A stretch of 61,827 nucleotides of DNA, filler included, from Cladosporium halotolerans (lineage: Eukaryota): the NCBI RefSeq assembly GCF_011745625.1. It is 5 parts of 5 records of this genome, joined end to end, with 100 filler letters (N's around TTAATTAATTAA, not from the genome) between each part and the next. Parts side by side here need not be neighbours in the genome. Positions count along the whole stretch, not along the records: positions 49,578 to 61,827 come from NW_027191582.1; 4 more parts are not named here. The stretch is one strand, 5' to 3'. Below, in pieces: positions 58,851 to 61,827 of the stretch (positions are counted from its first letter, which is position 1; every line of letters begins with the position of its first letter). Both the position numbers and the translations under genes were made by a program. Below the pieces are notes generated by a model. That model did no database searches. It was not told the DNA's origin and saw only the letters and a list, made by a program, of their open reading frames with translations.

Positions 58851-61827
58851 TTTTTTTTTTTGAATCATACTGCATTCAAGCTAAATAGCTTATGGCACGT
58901 CGGCTATCTTCTCGACGGCTTCTATGGCATCCTAGTGTGCTCTCACGTTGGCCGTTTACAGTACAGTTAGGCTCGCCGTTCCGACTCCACCGAGCCGCCA
59001 CAGCTTTTGGGCTTATTGCCCTCCTACTTTCTTGTCATTGTCCTTCCTCATCTGTCCCCTCATCCACGCCCACTCTCCTCCACCATCTCTCCCTCCTCAA
59101 CGCTCCGATCTAGTCGTTTATATCCCACGATTCATCTTGGGCACCTTCTCCAGGGATTTTCTTGCCCACCTCTGTATCTTCGAGGAACTGGAGCACTCCT
59201 GCCGCGGCTTCTGCTCCGAACAGAGTCTGCAGGCCTGTTCTATCTTTCCTTTCGCTAATCGAAACCTTCTTCCTCAGCCGCCGCAACATAGCATCGCGCT
59301 GCCTTCGCCATCTTCTGCACCTGAACAGTAGATGCGTGACAGACTGTTCGATTGCTCCACACCACCAACAGTGTGCGTCACGGGCTTTGCTGATCCTCAG
59401 GAGGTAGGCACCTGTGACGGCGTGACTAGATTTGAGCTGCAGGTATCGAGCTGCGACCGATTTCTTCGCGTATTTGATTTGCTTCCCCAGCTTGGGGTTC
59501 GTCCCCCACTTCTCTTTGATGGCTTGCCAAATGTAAGACAGTGATGCCGATCGCATCACCTTGGCCTGTTGCCGTGCAGCTCGTTGCGCCGCAGCGCCTG
59601 CCATTCTGTAAACCTTCTATGTCTTTGTCGCTCGCAAGCAATGTCAAGGCCACTCGACTACCTGCATCGTCGGCTCGCAAGACCCCTCTTCTCACCTCCG
59701 TGACTACTGGCAGGGCCCAGTCTTTGTCGTTCTCAATGGCGGCCATTGCCAGCCGTGACTGTGTCACAATTTGCGAAGCAGTGATCCGCTCGATTGAGAA
59801 GCCGAGGGAGGTCCTTCACTGCCATGTTGATCGCGAACAGCGCAGCATCCGCGGGTGTCGTGTACTTGCCCAGCGACGAAGTCCTCGTCTTCCACTCGTG
59901 TCGCTCTCTCCATGCTGCTCCCACACCGCAGCTGACATCCTTGGTCGCACTCACAAATATTGTCAATTGTCGTGGGTGGCCAGGTAGCAACCTCTCCGGT
60001 GCTTCTGAGTATCTGTGATTTCGAATCAACGGGACTGGTATTGATGAGGCAATTTTGCAGGGCAGCTCGAATCCATATTCGGTGTCGTAGTTGACGTTCT
60101 TCACGATCTGCTGTGCGAGTCGGCCTCCAAACGATCGATGCGTCTTCTCTAGCTTCGTCCATCCGATGCTGGACGGCTGGCCTGTCGCTCCGTCATGACG
60201 GTGAAGCTCGCCGAGGCGAAAATTTGCAGGCAGCAGCTGGTGCGTCGGGTGGTCTCCGTCCGCGTTGAGAGCGCGCACCGCGTACCTGGTCTGTCGATAG
60301 TCGAGAAGGTCCCTTGCACTCGGTAGACATGCTGCCTCTCGGAGAAACGCCAGCGGTGTTGATTTCAGCAGCCCCGTGATGGCCCTTGCTTGACTGTTCA
60401 AAAGTAGTTGAAGTCCCTCCAGCCTGTCCATCTGGCCTCTCCACCAGATCTCCGATCCGTACATTGCTACAGAGGTGACTGCTGCGATGATGACTCTCCT
60501 CATCAGGTTGACCGACAAGCCGCCGTTGCTTCTGCTGAGGCTAGCCACCCGTTGTAGAGCGCCCTTGGCGCTCGCCATCCTGTTCTCGAAGTGGACTTTG
60601 AATGACAGCTTCGAATCGAGCCAGAAGCCTAGCCATTTGGTCGCTCCTTGCTTAATCGTAAAGCTTAGCTCTCCGATGCGGACGGATGCGTCCTTTGCTG
60701 CTTGCAATACCTTGCGGCTCCTGCTGAACAAGATTGCCTCGGTCTTGCTGACTTCGAACTCGACTTTGTTTTCGGTTCCCCATTGAATGGCGTCTCTGGC
60801 GATTCTTTCGAGATGTCTGGTGCCTTGATTCAAGTATTCGCAGTCTATCACTAGACCTATGTCGTCTACGAACGACATGGGTTGTAGACTCGGGTGCCTG
60901 TCTTCCAGCCATCCGAACATGGCACCGATCGATAAGACGAAGAGTACCGGCGAGACCGGTGACCCTTGGGGTAAGCCAGCCTGAATCCGGCGGTTCTCAC
61001 CTGTGCGACCGTCAATCACCAGCATCGCTTGCCGGTCCGTCAAAAACGAATCCACCCAGCGCACGATATTACCGGCACCGTCGACTTCGATCATCCGCTT
61101 GAGCAGCTGTCTTTTGTTGACTCTGTCGAAGGCACCCTTGACATCAAGGAGTAATGCAAGGGCGATGCGCTTCTTGCTCCAGGCTCCTTCGACTTTTGCA
61201 ACCAACTGAGCTACTGCATCTGATGTCCCTCTCCTTCGACGACAGCCGAATTGTCCTGTGTGGAAGATTTCGTTCTTCTCACAAAATGAAGCAATCCAGG
61301 TTGCGACGACCTTCTCAACCACTTTTCCAAGACAGCTGAGCAGGCTAATGACTCGGTAGGCCTTCGCGGCCGTGTATGTGGGTTTTCCCTGCTTACGCAA
61401 CAGAATCCCCTTTGCGGTCTTCCACACGCAAGGGTGGTAGCCTGTCAGTATGCATCCTTGGACGAGGGCCACAATTCGCTCCTCAGCCCACTGCCACAGC
61501 AGTCGGAGTGCTTTGAACCCGATGCCGTCCGCTCCCGGGGCTTTTGTGGCGGACTGTGAAAACAATGCCTCTTGGATTTGGCCCACACCGGCACTGATCA
61601 TCGTGTCTGGTATCTGAATGTCTTCCTCATCGCTGGCTTGAGATGGGAAGGCTTGCGCCATGAAGATTCCTTCCTTCTCTTCTGCTGCCGCCACTATCTT
61701 GCCCGGCTGCCCATTAGCACCGCTGGTATTGATTGCTGGTGTGTACGACGGCATCTGAGACTTTGTGTATCTGAGCGCTTTCCAGCATCGTTCAGGATCA
61801 TTTGCGGTTTTCGAGTGGTCTTCATTT
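58851..61827 (-). mobile_element. Tad1-like LINE, 3' half (RT, RNase H-like, Zn-binding, 3' UTR, poly(A)); frameshifted
   Basis: KAPGADG, YRVISLLSCLGKV, LLLDVKGAFDRV, GLPQGSPVSP, FVDD, KWLGFWLD and CWWC..HLLFRC; T11 at 58851-58861. Confidence 0.95.

Noticed and set aside
1..61827. Starship captain (DUF3435) or Starship boundaries
   Set aside because: No ORF with recognisable captain motifs and no identifiable terminal repeats. The recombinase-like genes here are of the DUF3505/helicase type.

Overview
This is filamentous ascomycete DNA, shown by short GT-AG introns with CTRAC branch points and RIP-mutated repeats. The window is not one contiguous locus. It is five ~12.2-12.4 kb contigs joined by artificial 100-nt N-TTAATTAATTAA-N linkers, so adjacency across linkers has no biological meaning. 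All five pieces look like accessory or mobile DNA. Contig 1 (1-12382) has a spliced DUF3723 gene (a family associated with Starship giant transposons), a secreted Ser/Thr-rich GPI-like protein, Zn2Cys6 and C2H2 regulators, and telomere-like relics. Contig 2 (12483-24789) has a Tad1-like LINE, an AA11 LPMO, two small putative regulators and a LicD/Mnn4-like fragment. Contig 3 (24890-37192) has a disrupted tyrosine-recombinase-like + RecQ helicase fusion gene, a CrpA-like Cu P1B-ATPase, a RIP island of nested solo LTRs and a Fot1/pogo element. Contig 4 (37293-49477) has a membrane protein, a class III chitin synthase and a second, divergent DUF3505/tyrosine-recombinase-like gene. Contig 5 (49578-61827) has pogo and hAT relics, a C2H2 protein and a LINE. 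The most interesting signal is a tyrosine-recombinase-type catalytic pattern (R-x-x-E ... R ... H-x8-Y) fused to a RecQ helicase. Related genes occur on two contigs, each next to an intact cargo-like gene, which suggests an under-described integrase-helicase mobile element. All family assignments are by motif recognition; no searches were run.
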